Origin: Candidatus Thorarchaeota archaeon
GTDB taxonomy: Archaea > Asgardarchaeota > Thorarchaeia > Thorarchaeales > Thorarchaeaceae
Direction of reading: 5' to 3'
Assembly: GCA_048882045.1 (NCBI GenBank)
Contig: JBHLRZ010000007.1
Location: 1-64,000 of the forward strand
Length of the DNA: 64,000 nt
A model generated the notes under the pieces. That model worked only from the letters and a program-made list of their open reading frames with translations. It had not been told where the DNA came from and ran no database searches. Shown here piece after piece: positions 29,071 through 39,645 of the stretch (positions are counted from its first letter, which is position 1; each line of letters starts with the position of its first letter). The translations under genes were made by a program, and so were the position numbers.

Positions 29071-29838
29071 TCACATGAGGTCTGGTCCAACCTCAAGAAC
29101 GAACTCTTTTGAGCAGTTCTGACATTTCACTTGTCCCTGTTCATCTCTAGATGACAGAGCGTAAGCATATTTTGCTCCACAGTTTGGACACTTTTCAGAG
29201 CGATATTCAGAGGACATGTGTTCTATGGTGTCAATCCCCACAATTTGGAAATTCAGGGCAATGGCTCTGAATATATATCCATAAAGTATCGGGAGAACAG
29301 TCAAGTCCACTATTAATAAGATTAGAGAAGCGAAGAAGGATAGAGGAAGTAACATCATGCCAATGACTAGGATGATGACTAATACAATACCTCCCTGTCC
29401 AAGGACACTCTGTGCATCAGACTTTAACTTTAATCCCCAGATCGCACTCGCCAAACCGATGTTCGCTCCACCTAGCATAACCGCTAGAACTACCAATGAC
29501 AGGATCAATCCAACAATCCCTCCACCAAACACAAGAAAGACAGACAGGAATACAAAGATCAGTGCAATGAGGGAAGACAAAAGTGAGAATACAAATCCAT
29601 GAACCCACAATTTCGCAATGACTATAGCTGTATCTTCAGTTCTCTGTTCATATGGAACATATTTCTCCTCTGGAGTCGGTTCAGGAACAACAGAAAAGAC
29701 CTGTCCTTCAGCTATTATCCAGCGGCCACAATTCTGACAACACACCTGCCCTTCAGAATTCAGATTAGCTGAGCTATACAAATATCTTGCATTACAGTTG
29801 GGACATACTATTGAAAATCGATCATCAGACATCGACAT
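29071..29838 (-). CDS. Membrane protein with zinc ribbons at both termini
   Basis: CPNC..CQNC at N- and C-terminus flanking about 4 TM helices. Confidence 0.8.
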   Translation of the reverse strand: MSMSDDRFSIVCPNCNARYLYSSANLNSEGQVCCQNCGRWIIAEGQVFSVVPEPTPEEKYVPYEQRTEDTAIVIAKLWVHGFVFSLLSSLIALIFVFLSVFLVFGGGIVGLILSLVVLAVMLGGANIGLASAIWGLKLKSDAQSVLGQGGIVLVIILVIGMMLLPLSFFASLILLIVDLTVLPILYGYIFRAIALNFQIVGIDTIEHMSSEYRSEKCPNCGAKYAYALSSRDEQGQVKCQNCSKEFVLEVGPDLM

Positions 29839-30025
29839 GATTCATTCCACCCATCCCATAGGACCCAAGGGTCCATAATGATAATGAAGTTCTAGGATAT
29901 TAACTTTGAGTTGCATAATCATCATAGTGGGAGGATTCTTTGACGGAATGATGCTATCATGAGAATGAATGCTTGTATTCCAGTTCTGAATGAATCTTTA
30001 CAACAATGTTCATTCAATCTTGAAA

Positions 30026-30346
30026 TTAGGGGGGTTCTATCGGTAACAAAACCCATCCTGGAGGAATAATGGGCTCGAGGTCAAGTGTGCTGTGCATTAA
30101 AAGGAAGATAGTGAACAAGAGGAGCATCATTGTTGCAAAACCATAGACAAATCGTTTACTGAAAATTGGCTTCACTACAACATCTTCAATTAGAAATGTT
30201 TCCTGTGATTCCTCTGCAACTTTCATCAAAAGGTTACAATTCTGACATGCGACACTACCATCAGGATTGATATACTCAGAATGATACATATAGCGGGCTT
30301 GGCAATTCGGACAGCTCAGATAGAACTTCTCTGCCTGATGTGGCAT
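30026..30346 (-). CDS. Zinc-ribbon protein with C-terminal TM helix
   Basis: CPNCQARYMY...G.VACQNC plus a hydrophobic helix. Confidence 0.7.
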   Translation of the reverse strand: MPHQAEKFYLSCPNCQARYMYHSEYINPDGSVACQNCNLLMKVAEESQETFLIEDVVVKPIFSKRFVYGFATMMLLLFTIFLLMHSTLDLEPIIPPGWVLLPIEPP

Positions 30347-30471
30347 TTTGTCTTTTCCCTTCCTGTCTGATATTAGTGTCTGAAGTCATATATATTCTAA
30401 CAAGACCTTTGATTTATCATAGTGAAACCTATAACTTGTTTCTCAAGAGTAACATCACTAAGGTGCGTACA

Positions 30472-30879
30472 ATGTCCTCAGGAAAACGAGTCACGACCAT
30501 GGTCATCGGAATGATAATCATGATTGGTGGTTTCTTTGGCGGATTCATGATGTTCTTTTGGATGGATGCAAGAGATGTTGGAACTATTCTGTTATACATG
30601 ATGTTCATTCCAATGATGAGCTTCTGCGTCGGAGCAGGAATCATTGTATACGGTAACAAAGATGCAATGCCCACGGGAAGAACAGGATTTGGTCTATTTA
30701 GTGCCATGGCTCGTATGGATGAAGCACCAAAAGAAAAATCGTTCATTCATGAACCCCCAAGCTTCTGCTCAGATTGCGGAGCATCTTTGAGCTCTGAAGA
30801 GATTGAGTGGGTGGGTCCTCTCACCGTGAAATGCCCATACTGTGGGGCCATACACAAAACTGAGAAACGTGAGATATAA
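30472..30879 (+). CDS. Two-TM protein with C-terminal zinc ribbon
   Basis: Start at ATG 30472 (MSSGKR). Two TM segments, CSDCGA...CPYCG. Confidence 0.75.
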   Translation: MSSGKRVTTMVIGMIIMIGGFFGGFMMFFWMDARDVGTILLYMMFIPMMSFCVGAGIIVYGNKDAMPTGRTGFGLFSAMARMDEAPKEKSFIHEPPSFCSDCGASLSSEEIEWVGPLTVKCPYCGAIHKTEKREI

Positions 30880-31008
30880 GCAGCTTTTCTCGCAGCTATC
30901 AGAGAAGCACCTCAGTACTCTCAATGCTTTTTGCTTCTCAGGAGAAATCGCGCTTTTCGGAAGCTATTTGACCACGAATAATTTCTCCCCACCTCGAGGA
31001 ACCCATCA

Positions 31009-32073
31009 ATGGACCCCAGAGTAGCAGAACATGCGAAGATACTTGTTGAATGGAGTACCGAAGTAAAACCTGGTGACATGGTTGTTATTACTGCCTCTTC
31101 TGAGTCTCAAGAACTTGTTGTAGCACTCTATCGAGAGATAGCTAAGGCAGGAGGTAGAGCTGTAACTCTTATGCAGAATGAAGAGGCTGCGAAGGCGTTC
31201 TTTGATGCAGCATCAGATGAAACCCTAGAGACAGTGCCAGAACACTCTAAGGCTCTTATCGAAAAATGTGATGTCTACATCTCATTGCGTTCTCCAACAA
31301 ACACCAGAGCACTAGCGAATGTCGATAGAAACAAACTCATACTCAACTCCAAGACTTTACAAGAAATCCAAAACATAAGGTTGGGCAAGCGATGGTCACT
31401 TACTGTGCATCCTTGCCAAAGCTTAGCTCAAGAAGCTAACATGAGTTTGGAGGAATATAGAGAATTCGTATATAGGGCTACACTCATCGACTGGAGAGAA
31501 GAGAGTAAGCTCTTGAATGTAATGAAGGACCACCTCGAAAGCCACAATGACATTCGCTTCACAGGACCAGAAACTGATCTCTATGCATTAACCGAAGGAA
31601 GGATCTGGGTTGCCTCAGATGGAAAACACAATATGCCAAGCGGTGAGTGTTTCACAGCTCCTGTGGAGGACACGGTTGAAGGCAAGATCTACTTTGACAT
31701 ACCATTCTTGCAGCAAGGGAAGGTCATTGAAGGAGTCAGGTTGAACTTTGAAAAGGGAGAGGTTGTTGACTTCTCCGCAGAGAAGGAGGAGCTGACACTC
31801 AAGCGAATCATAGAAACTGACGAGGGGTCTCGCAGACTGGGGGAGATGGCAATTGGAGCAAATCGTGGCATCAAGCAATATACGCTGAACATGCTCTTTG
31901 ACGAGAAAATCGGAAACACAATACACTGTGCGTTAGGGAGAGCATACAAAGAAAATAACGGAACAAACGAATCCGCAGTGCATGTTGACATGATCAAGAC
32001 CATGCATGACGGAGAGATCTATGCTGGAGATGAGCTAATCTACAGCAAGGGCAAGTACTTCTATGAGATGTAA
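31009..32073 (+). CDS. Aminopeptidase, M29 family
   Basis: NMPSGECFTAP, RRLGEMAIG, LFDEKI..TIHCALG.AY, SAVHVD. Confidence 0.93.
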   Translation: MDPRVAEHAKILVEWSTEVKPGDMVVITASSESQELVVALYREIAKAGGRAVTLMQNEEAAKAFFDAASDETLETVPEHSKALIEKCDVYISLRSPTNTRALANVDRNKLILNSKTLQEIQNIRLGKRWSLTVHPCQSLAQEANMSLEEYREFVYRATLIDWREESKLLNVMKDHLESHNDIRFTGPETDLYALTEGRIWVASDGKHNMPSGECFTAPVEDTVEGKIYFDIPFLQQGKVIEGVRLNFEKGEVVDFSAEKEELTLKRIIETDEGSRRLGEMAIGANRGIKQYTLNMLFDEKIGNTIHCALGRAYKENNGTNESAVHVDMIKTMHDGEIYAGDELIYSKGKYFYEM

Positions 32074-32093
32074 AACACGTGGAGATGATTACA

Positions 32094-33158
32094 ATGGACC
32101 CAAGAATTGTGGATCATGCAAAGATACTGGTAAACTATAGCACCGAGGTGAAGAAGGGAGACAAGGTCGTAATTTCCGCGAATCCTGACGCTCATGAGTT
32201 GGCTGTAGCTGTTACTCGACTTGTTGCTGAAGCTGGTGGAACAGCAATCACATTGATGAGAAGTGAAGAAATCAAACGTGCCACATATGATGGAGCGGAT
32301 GATGAGACCCTTGAGGTCTTTCCTGCTCATCTAAATGCCTTGGCTGAGAAATCAGACGTTTACATAAGCCTAAGTTCTCCAGACAACATCAAAGCTTTAG
32401 CTAATGTAGACCCTAGGAGAAAGATGATACGTGCAAAGACGGAAAAGCCAATTTGGGATCTCTTGACGACGAAGAGATGGGTAACAACTGTTCATCCTAA
32501 TGCATCTCTTGCACAACAGGGCAATATGAGCTTGGAAGAGTATCGCGAGTTTGTATACAGTGCTTGTTTGGTCGATTGGGAAAAAGAGAGTAAGAATATT
32601 TACCTAATGAAAGAGCACCTTGAGAAGCAAAAGGACATCAGATTCATCGGTCCAGAAACTGATCTCTATGCTTCAACTGAAGGAAGGCTTTGGGAAGCAG
32701 CTGACGGTAAGTTCAACATGCCAGATGGTGAAGTGTTCACTGCGCCTGTTGAAGATACTGTTGAGGGTATGATCTATTTTGATGTTCCACTTCTTCAGGA
32801 AGGGAAGGTATTGGATGGGATCAGACTGACCTTTGAGAAGGGGGAGGTTGTTGATTATTCAGCAGAAAAAGAAGAGCCAACACTAAAACAACTTCTAGAG
32901 GTTGATGAGGGAGCTCGACGCCTTGGTGAGATGGCAATAGGCACAAATCGAGGCATCAAACAGTACACATTGAACATGCTATTCGATGAGAAACTGGGAG
33001 ATACAGTTCATTGTGCGTTAGGTATGGCATACCCAGAGTGCAATGGTGTCAATGAGAGCGCGATACATGTTGACATAATAAAGAAGATGCATGAAGGAGA
33101 GATTTATGCTGAAGAGGAACTGATCTACAGCAAAGGTAAGTACTTCTTTGAAATGTGA
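32094..33158 (+). CDS. Aminopeptidase, M29 family (tandem paralog)
   Basis: NMPDGEVFTAP, RRLGEMAIG, LFDEKL..HCALG.AY, SAIHVD. Confidence 0.93.
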   Translation: MDPRIVDHAKILVNYSTEVKKGDKVVISANPDAHELAVAVTRLVAEAGGTAITLMRSEEIKRATYDGADDETLEVFPAHLNALAEKSDVYISLSSPDNIKALANVDPRRKMIRAKTEKPIWDLLTTKRWVTTVHPNASLAQQGNMSLEEYREFVYSACLVDWEKESKNIYLMKEHLEKQKDIRFIGPETDLYASTEGRLWEAADGKFNMPDGEVFTAPVEDTVEGMIYFDVPLLQEGKVLDGIRLTFEKGEVVDYSAEKEEPTLKQLLEVDEGARRLGEMAIGTNRGIKQYTLNMLFDEKLGDTVHCALGMAYPECNGVNESAIHVDIIKKMHEGEIYAEEELIYSKGKYFFEM

Positions 33159-33240
33159 TACGATTAGAGATAGAGTACGGTATCTTCATATCATACAATG
33201 GGTTTCCACTCATAACCAGCACCAGGATGAATGCTGTATA

Positions 33241-34155
33241 ATGGACTCAGTTGACCGAAAACTCATGGACCTTCTAGCTATCAACTGCAGAATGAGTCTT
33301 CAGGACCTTTCAGAGAAGACAGGGATTTCTGCAAATGAGGTCAAAAGACGAATTGATTCCCTCGTAGAATCAGACATCATTCATAACTTCACAACTGTGT
33401 TCAGTCCTATAATGACAGATGAGGATCTTTCAATAGCTATCCTTGAGTTTAATTTGGTACCGAATGAGAAAGAAGTCCTTGAAGCATTGTCAAGAAACCC
33501 ATCAGTCTGGAAAGTCCACAGAGCCCTGGATGACAAGTATGTTGCTTTTGGAGTTGTCTATAGCGATGATGAACTGGCAAGACTAGGTATGACTTATCGC
33601 AGTCTCAGAGGAGTGGGCCGAGTAGACATCTTCACGAGTTTCATGCGTTACTGGGGTGGAGAGATACAACTGACTGGAGCACATAAGAAGGTTCTCAAAT
33701 GCCTGGCGACAGATGCACGTATGAGTGTGGCTGACATCGCAAAAAAGACACGATTAGAAACTAGTATGGTCATACAAACTATAGACCATCTTCGAGAGAG
33801 TGAAGCTGTTTTGTTTTCAATCAATGCTACAGACTACCTTAAGGACTCAAGAATCGAAATCCTCGCTAAAGTGCATTGGAATGTTGGAAAGACCAACCAA
33901 GAACAGGTCTCATCCTGGCTTCAGACGACATTCCCGACCATCTACCTTAGAGAGTTTGTATCAGTTGTAGAACCCACCCTGTTTTTCAACTTCACTGTGA
34001 ATCACGTTCGTGAAGTGGATATAGTGAAGAAACAGGTCATCGAGGCAGGTCTCATTTCTGTTTTCGAGCCGCTAATCCTATTCCCTGCTACAGTCCTATC
34101 AGATCCTCGGGTACGAAAGACAGACGAAGTCTTGACCGAAACTGGGTTCTCTTAG
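33241..34155 (+). CDS. Lrp/AsnC-family regulator with duplicated HTH
   Basis: MDSVDRKLM..L..NCRMS..DLS and a second LATDARMSVADIA HTH. Confidence 0.82.
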   Translation: MDSVDRKLMDLLAINCRMSLQDLSEKTGISANEVKRRIDSLVESDIIHNFTTVFSPIMTDEDLSIAILEFNLVPNEKEVLEALSRNPSVWKVHRALDDKYVAFGVVYSDDELARLGMTYRSLRGVGRVDIFTSFMRYWGGEIQLTGAHKKVLKCLATDARMSVADIAKKTRLETSMVIQTIDHLRESEAVLFSINATDYLKDSRIEILAKVHWNVGKTNQEQVSSWLQTTFPTIYLREFVSVVEPTLFFNFTVNHVREVDIVKKQVIEAGLISVFEPLILFPATVLSDPRVRKTDEVLTETGFS

Positions 34156-34167
34156 CAAAATATAGTG

Positions 34168-34357
34168 AAGTGACGGGGAGTAGACCGTCACTCCAGGTGT
34201 ACTACAATGACGCTTCGAACAATCCTTCCAATTCTTGGAGGAGATTGACATGAATATAATGTAAATTTCTAATATAACTCAAGTAGTTACAGATTTGGAA
34301 TCTACTTACCATCTGGTAAGTAAGGATTTGGAGTGATGGGGATCAACCCATCACTCC
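34168..34357. other. Convergent intergenic hairpin cluster with two related 28-nt stem-loops
   Basis: Stem-loops at 34167-34194, 34220-34247, 34303-34322 and 34330-34357. Confidence 0.6.
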
Positions 34358-35877
34358 GTGTTCGAAGTCACAACATGCTCTAGTTCATCAAGAAGATCAT
34401 CTGCAAGAGATATTTCACGCAGTTCTTCTTGTTGCTCAACATCTTTTGAAGCATCAGCTGATACAGCCTCATATTCTACGACCGGTTTCTCCAAAGTGAG
34501 AGCATACCTGATGATCATTGCTCCTATCAAGGATATACCAGCACAGATGAGAAGCGTCACTGGAAAACCGAGGATTGGAATCACCCACCCGAGTATTGCG
34601 ATTTGGGGTGTCGCAAGGATAAGCAGTATAGTTGGTTGAAGCGAATAGAGGGAGTTCCTGTTTCTATTTGGTATCGCGTCAAGGAGTTCTCGCTGAGTAA
34701 GTATCTCAGCAAACCCGCCAAAGAACATTGTCACTGTGAAGAGAGAGAATAGCATTATAATCGGGATAACATGCTGGACCGGTAACTCGATGAGTACTAT
34801 GGATGTGAAGGGCATCATTACCGTGACCATATCAGTAGCATTTGGTATCGGTGGGAAGAAGTACATCATTGCAGCGAGTATCACATAGAACGCAAATCCA
34901 CAGGCCTGCAGGAGCCTGAAACGAGGTATCCACTTCTTTGGTTCAAACTTCTGACTCCATACTCCAGACCGTTCATTAGCTGCTACTCCGGGAATGAACG
35001 CGATAGTGCGGTACGAAGCAACTGCGACATCTGTTATTAGATAGCTGAAATAGAGAGGGAATAGTATCAATTGGCCCCAAACGGAGATAGTGCTTGCACA
35101 CAGCATCGAACCAATAACAAGGAACTTGACGTATGGAGTATTCCAAAGATAACTCACTCCTTCCTTAAGCAATGAGGTGTATTCACTCATTGAGGGGTTT
35201 TCCTCCCTCATAGCTTCAACTTCTGGAAAATCACGAATGTATCGCATGACAAGTGCAGCAAAGAAGACCGCACCAAATGCCTCAATCTGAAAGACAGATG
35301 GTCGATTGAAAGCTGTTGCGAGAATACTTCCTGGAATCAAAGCAGCTGTCGAGGCAATCTGAGCGATCATTCCCATGCGTCCCCAGAATACTCCATACTG
35401 CTTCCGCTGTGTGTCTTGAGGCATTGCCACTCTGTAGTTATTGTCGAACCAAGCGTTCCAGGCTCCACTGATCTGAGACTGGGCAATCCCTTGAATCATG
35501 AATATTGCGACAAGATAGAGGAACGGAGTCGAAGAGTTCACGAAAGAGACCATGAAGAAGACAACTCCATAGAGTACGTTGCCAATAGCGATGACATATC
35601 TTTGTCCGATAGCATCACCAAGAGCGCCACTGGGATAATCGAGAATGGTCTGAGTAACCATCTCAATGGAAACGAGGATTCCAAGAAAACCCAGTCCTTG
35701 GATGAAATCTCCGCCACCCAGAGCCTCAGCAATGAAGATTGTATAGAAGGTCGTACTCAGTGTAAAGATGATATTTGCAGTTGGTAGGAGCAGCAGGAGA
35801 ATCTTGCCAAGATGGATGGCTTTCTCGTCTGCCTCGCTGAATCCCATGAAACTTGATGTTCGACTCATCGGTGCCAA
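34351..35877 (-). CDS. MFS transporter
   Basis: DYPSGALGDAIGQR motif A, SGAWNAWFDN, about 12 TM helices. Confidence 0.88.
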   Translation of the reverse strand: MAPMSRTSSFMGFSEADEKAIHLGKILLLLLPTANIIFTLSTTFYTIFIAEALGGGDFIQGLGFLGILVSIEMVTQTILDYPSGALGDAIGQRYVIAIGNVLYGVVFFMVSFVNSSTPFLYLVAIFMIQGIAQSQISGAWNAWFDNNYRVAMPQDTQRKQYGVFWGRMGMIAQIASTAALIPGSILATAFNRPSVFQIEAFGAVFFAALVMRYIRDFPEVEAMREENPSMSEYTSLLKEGVSYLWNTPYVKFLVIGSMLCASTISVWGQLILFPLYFSYLITDVAVASYRTIAFIPGVAANERSGVWSQKFEPKKWIPRFRLLQACGFAFYVILAAMMYFFPPIPNATDMVTVMMPFTSIVLIELPVQHVIPIIMLFSLFTVTMFFGGFAEILTQRELLDAIPNRNRNSLYSLQPTILLILATPQIAILGWVIPILGFPVTLLICAGISLIGAMIIRYALTLEKPVVEYEAVSADASKDVEQQEELREISLADDLLDELEHVVTSNTE

Positions 35878-36286
35878 ATCCTAACCAGAATTGAATAAGA
35901 ACTAACGGAAGTACGTAGGAATTCTGTATATAATGGAAAGGCACTACTCAGGGTCGCCTCTCGTGGTCACCTGTTGTGTCTTTTTACCTAACGTTTTTGG
36001 CTCGGATTTGGATAGTATATCAGTAGGCAAGGCTGTCAAGTATGCGAACAGCTTACGGGAACTCAGTACTCTCAGCAATGAAGTTAGGGACTAAATGTGA
36101 ACAATCAAACCTTTCTAGAATCGAACAGACAATGAAAGACTTGAGTATCGACATAGAAATCAAGCGTTCACGAGAACTTCGTTTAGCACCGATATGCTTA
36201 AGCAAATGGAAGATTACATTTTGAAGCTTGCAGATTTCAAACAGAAGTACAGTTGATGATAATCGAATCCTTTTTCGGTCACCAAG

Positions 36287-37039
36287 ATGTCAGTGACAAC
36301 CATGACTGACACCTTTGGGAAGATAATGAGAGACGTAGTCGAAGGAAAGGACTCCAGTTATATCATCGAGAGAGATGATGGATTCATTCGTTACACATCT
36401 GGGGATTCCTATATCAAACCAATCGATGAATGGAATGAATCTGAAAGGAAGGCAATGGAGGGAATTAAAGGTCCTGTCCTGGATGTTGGATGCGGAGTTG
36501 GACGTGTCGGTGACTACGTGAAGAGTATTGGTCTCGAATACTATGGCGTTGATCTCTCGCCATTGGCGGTAGAAATGTGTCATAAGCGGGGACATAGCAA
36601 AACCTACGTCATGTCTGCGGATGACATTAAACTGGACTGCTCGGACTTCAGAACAGTTATTCTCTTTGGCAACAACTTTGGTATCATGGGGGATCCAAAA
36701 GGAGTAGTTAGGATGCTGAAGGGATTCCATCATGTCACTACGAATGATTCGGTGATTCTGGCTGGTTCATTAGATCCGTTCAAGACGGACGATGAAATGC
36801 ATCTGGCATATCATGAGAAGAACAGAGCTGAAGGGAAACCGCCGGGACTTCTCAGACTGAGGAACAAATACAGAGGTGAGGTTGATGATTGGTGGTACCT
36901 CCTTATTGCAGACATAGATTTGATGTCCGAGTTGACAGAAGAAGCTGGGTGGTACCTCGATCATATAGTTGGCGCTCCGACAAAGCGTCGGAGGTTGGAA
37001 ACCTACAATGTTGGAGTATTGAAGAAGAAGAGGTCATGA
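36287..37039 (+). CDS. Class I SAM-dependent methyltransferase
   Basis: VLDVGCGVG, GVDLS, IERDDG, GNNFGI. Confidence 0.88.
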   Translation: MSVTTMTDTFGKIMRDVVEGKDSSYIIERDDGFIRYTSGDSYIKPIDEWNESERKAMEGIKGPVLDVGCGVGRVGDYVKSIGLEYYGVDLSPLAVEMCHKRGHSKTYVMSADDIKLDCSDFRTVILFGNNFGIMGDPKGVVRMLKGFHHVTTNDSVILAGSLDPFKTDDEMHLAYHEKNRAEGKPPGLLRLRNKYRGEVDDWWYLLIADIDLMSELTEEAGWYLDHIVGAPTKRRRLETYNVGVLKKKRS

Positions 37040-37045
37040 AGAAGG

Positions 37046-38020
37046 ATGTCGGAGAGTCCAATCTTAGAGATCAATAAAAGTGTTCAATTATTCATCCCCC
37101 CGCCCGATAAAATAGCTGGATGGCGAAGGTCTGGTAACATAGTCTTCCTCAGTGATTCTGAAGCACTGTACGTCATTGATAGTGGGGGTCCTTCGGTCAA
37201 GAAGCAATTGATTCGGATCGTGAATAACCTTGAGGCAAACGACAAGAATCCTGTTCACTGCATACACACACACGGGCATATCGATCATATGGCAGGTGCC
37301 CAAACATTATTGACAGAGTTCAAGGCCGAGATTTGGGCATCTGAAGCTGCCATTCCATTTGTTGAGAATCAGTCTCCAATTTATATGGAAAAAGAAAAGG
37401 AATCAATCATAGTATCACATCGTGAGCTCTTTACAGCTCCATCCTGGTTCGTAAAAGCTGCAATGCTAGTCGCAATAGGCAGGAGTAAGCCACTTTCATC
37501 CGTCAAACCGATTGATGAAAAATCAAACATTGGAACAACTGGTTTCCATCCCATTGAACTGCCAGGACATCATCAGGGTCATTTTGGGTTCTACAATGAA
37601 GACAGTGGGATTCTCATCAGTGGCGACCTGATTGATCCACGTCATAGAATGAAACCCAGTCTCACATCACCGTCATCAGACTTTGAAGGGATGATGAGGT
37701 CAATGGATATTGTACTGAAGCTTGAACCGGAAATCATTCTTCCTGGACACGGAGAGCCAGTCAACGGAAAAGAAACAGTCATGGATTCAATCCTAATAGC
37801 AAAAGATACAATGCAAACTGCTAGTGACCGAGTAATCGAGATTCTTGAAACACAACCATCGACACTACCAGAACTCTCTCGCCTGATGCAGAGGATGGGT
37901 CTCGGTCCTGGTGATGTCTTCAGAAGGATGTTCATCCACAGTATCCTTCATCATCTTGTGAACATTGGCAAAGTCAATGCAAGAAAAATATCTCGTGGAA
38001 GAACAGAATTTTCAATCTAG
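37046..38020 (+). CDS. MBL-fold metallo-hydrolase
   Basis: THGHIDHMAG, PGH, SGD, PGHG. Confidence 0.9.
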   Translation: MSESPILEINKSVQLFIPPPDKIAGWRRSGNIVFLSDSEALYVIDSGGPSVKKQLIRIVNNLEANDKNPVHCIHTHGHIDHMAGAQTLLTEFKAEIWASEAAIPFVENQSPIYMEKEKESIIVSHRELFTAPSWFVKAAMLVAIGRSKPLSSVKPIDEKSNIGTTGFHPIELPGHHQGHFGFYNEDSGILISGDLIDPRHRMKPSLTSPSSDFEGMMRSMDIVLKLEPEIILPGHGEPVNGKETVMDSILIAKDTMQTASDRVIEILETQPSTLPELSRLMQRMGLGPGDVFRRMFIHSILHHLVNIGKVNARKISRGRTEFSI

Positions 38021-39645
38021 TTGCTTTCCACATCCAGGTCCTTCAAGACTGTTCTTAATATCTTCCCATCTTCAGCAACGGGTAGTGATTTCTTTATAAC
38101 AATGTCACGAGGTTTTTTGTAAGAAGCCATTTTACCAGCACACCACTCGCTGACCTCGTCAGGTGTGATTTCTTTTCCAGCCACAGGAACAATGAAGGCT
38201 CTTACTGCTTCACCCCACACACGGTCCTGAATTCCTACAACAACAGCAGTGTCAATCTTGGGGTGTTGACACAAAATGTCCTCAACCTCTGCAGGAAAGA
38301 CTTTCTCGCCTCCAGTAAATATGATTTCGCTCTTTCTTTCGACATAGTAGTAATTGCCTTCTTCATCAACACGAAACAAATCACCAGTATAGAACCATTG
38401 CCCATCGAATGACTCCCTTGTTCTAGAGTCGTCACCATGATATCCACGCATGAGAGACGGACTCCTATAGATAGCTTCACCGACTTCACCAGGTTCCACA
38501 TCTTTCCCCTTGTCATTTACAACCCGCATCTCAACGCCACTAATGGGCTTTCCAATGTATCCTTCAGTGATCTTGGGAATATCATCCACAGTGAGGAACG
38601 AATAGATAGCTGCACCGATGTTCTCTGTCTGGCCATATCCATCAACGAGAACAGTGTTTGGAAACCGATGGAGTATCTCTTTCTTCATGGAGGCAGGCAT
38701 CTTCGATCCTCCTGAAGAGAGGAGAGTCACAGAGCTCAGATCGTATGAATCCAAGTCTGGATAGTCAAGGAAGATCCTGAACTGTGTTGGGACCATAAAG
38801 ATGGTTGTGACTTTCTCGCGCTCAACAATCTCAACAATCTCCTTTGGTTCAAAACTCAAAGATTTTGGAAAGACAACAGGTCTCTTCATTGCAGTCATGA
38901 TAATAGCAGGCATGAATCCTGACAGATGGTATAAGGGAGTTGGTACAAGGAATTTCAACTCATGTTTGGTAGGAAGAAGGGCAGACTCAGGAACCTCTCC
39001 TTCAAAAATGAGTTTAAGACCGTGGTCTGGAATTAATGTGCATGCATCTAGGAGGGCTTTGTGTGTGAAGTCTGTACCCTTGGGCAGACCAGTAGTCCCC
39101 CCTGTAAAGAGCTGGACTCCGAGAGCATCGTCAGAAACCGAGATGTTTGGATGTTTGGACGAAACCCCTTCTGTGAAGTCCTTCCAAGATCGAGTATTGG
39201 TCTTTGTATCAGTCTCGCCACCGACAACAATCATCGGTAGTCTCTTTTTAGCGTCAGGAAACGCATCAATGGTCTGCTGCTGATGATGAGTGCTACATAT
39301 GCAAACACCAGGTTTGCCGGTGTTAAAGACATGGCGGATTTCTCGTCCAACGAACCTCGTGCTGATCGGAGCTGGAACCAATCCAGCTCTTTGGGACCCA
39401 TATAATGAGGCAAGATACTCTGGTCTATTTTCCATAATTATTGCTACTCGCATACCTGAAGAATCAGGAAAAAACTTCAACAGAGCATTGGCGACAATGG
39501 AAATGGAGTCATCCAAATCTGACCAAGTCAGGTGACTATCACCATATACGACTGCCAACATGTCACCATAATCCAGTGCATTTCTCCTTAAGAGATCACA
39601 GAATGCTCTTAACGGAGCATCCTCTTCTCCATCTGAAGGACTCAT
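38017..39645 (-). CDS. Acyl-CoA synthetase (AMP-forming)
   Basis: FTGGTTGLPKG, YGQTE, TGDL, GGEKVFPAEVE, GKILR. Confidence 0.93.
   Translation of the reverse strand: MSPSDGEEDAPLRAFCDLLRRNALDYGDMLAVVYGDSHLTWSDLDDSISIVANALLKFFPDSSGMRVAIIMENRPEYLASLYGSQRAGLVPAPISTRFVGREIRHVFNTGKPGVCICSTHHQQQTIDAFPDAKKRLPMIVVGGETDTKTNTRSWKDFTEGVSSKHPNISVSDDALGVQLFTGGTTGLPKGTDFTHKALLDACTLIPDHGLKLIFEGEVPESALLPTKHELKFLVPTPLYHLSGFMPAIIMTAMKRPVVFPKSLSFEPKEIVEIVEREKVTTIFMVPTQFRIFLDYPDLDSYDLSSVTLLSSGGSKMPASMKKEILHRFPNTVLVDGYGQTENIGAAIYSFLTVDDIPKITEGYIGKPISGVEMRVVNDKGKDVEPGEVGEAIYRSPSLMRGYHGDDSRTRESFDGQWFYTGDLFRVDEEGNYYYVERKSEIIFTGGEKVFPAEVEDILCQHPKIDTAVVVGIQDRVWGEAVRAFIVPVAGKEITPDEVSEWCAGKMASYKKPRDIVIKKSLPVAEDGKILRTVLKDLDVESN

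Noticed and set aside
34167-34357. CRISPR mini-array, or a small ORF between the repeated hairpins
   Set aside because: Only two diverged copies about 160 nt apart, no cas genes, and no credible start codon for an ORF ending at the first hairpin.
36042-36224. 60-aa ORF in the MFS/methyltransferase intergenic region
   Set aside because: No motif, SD or compositional support.
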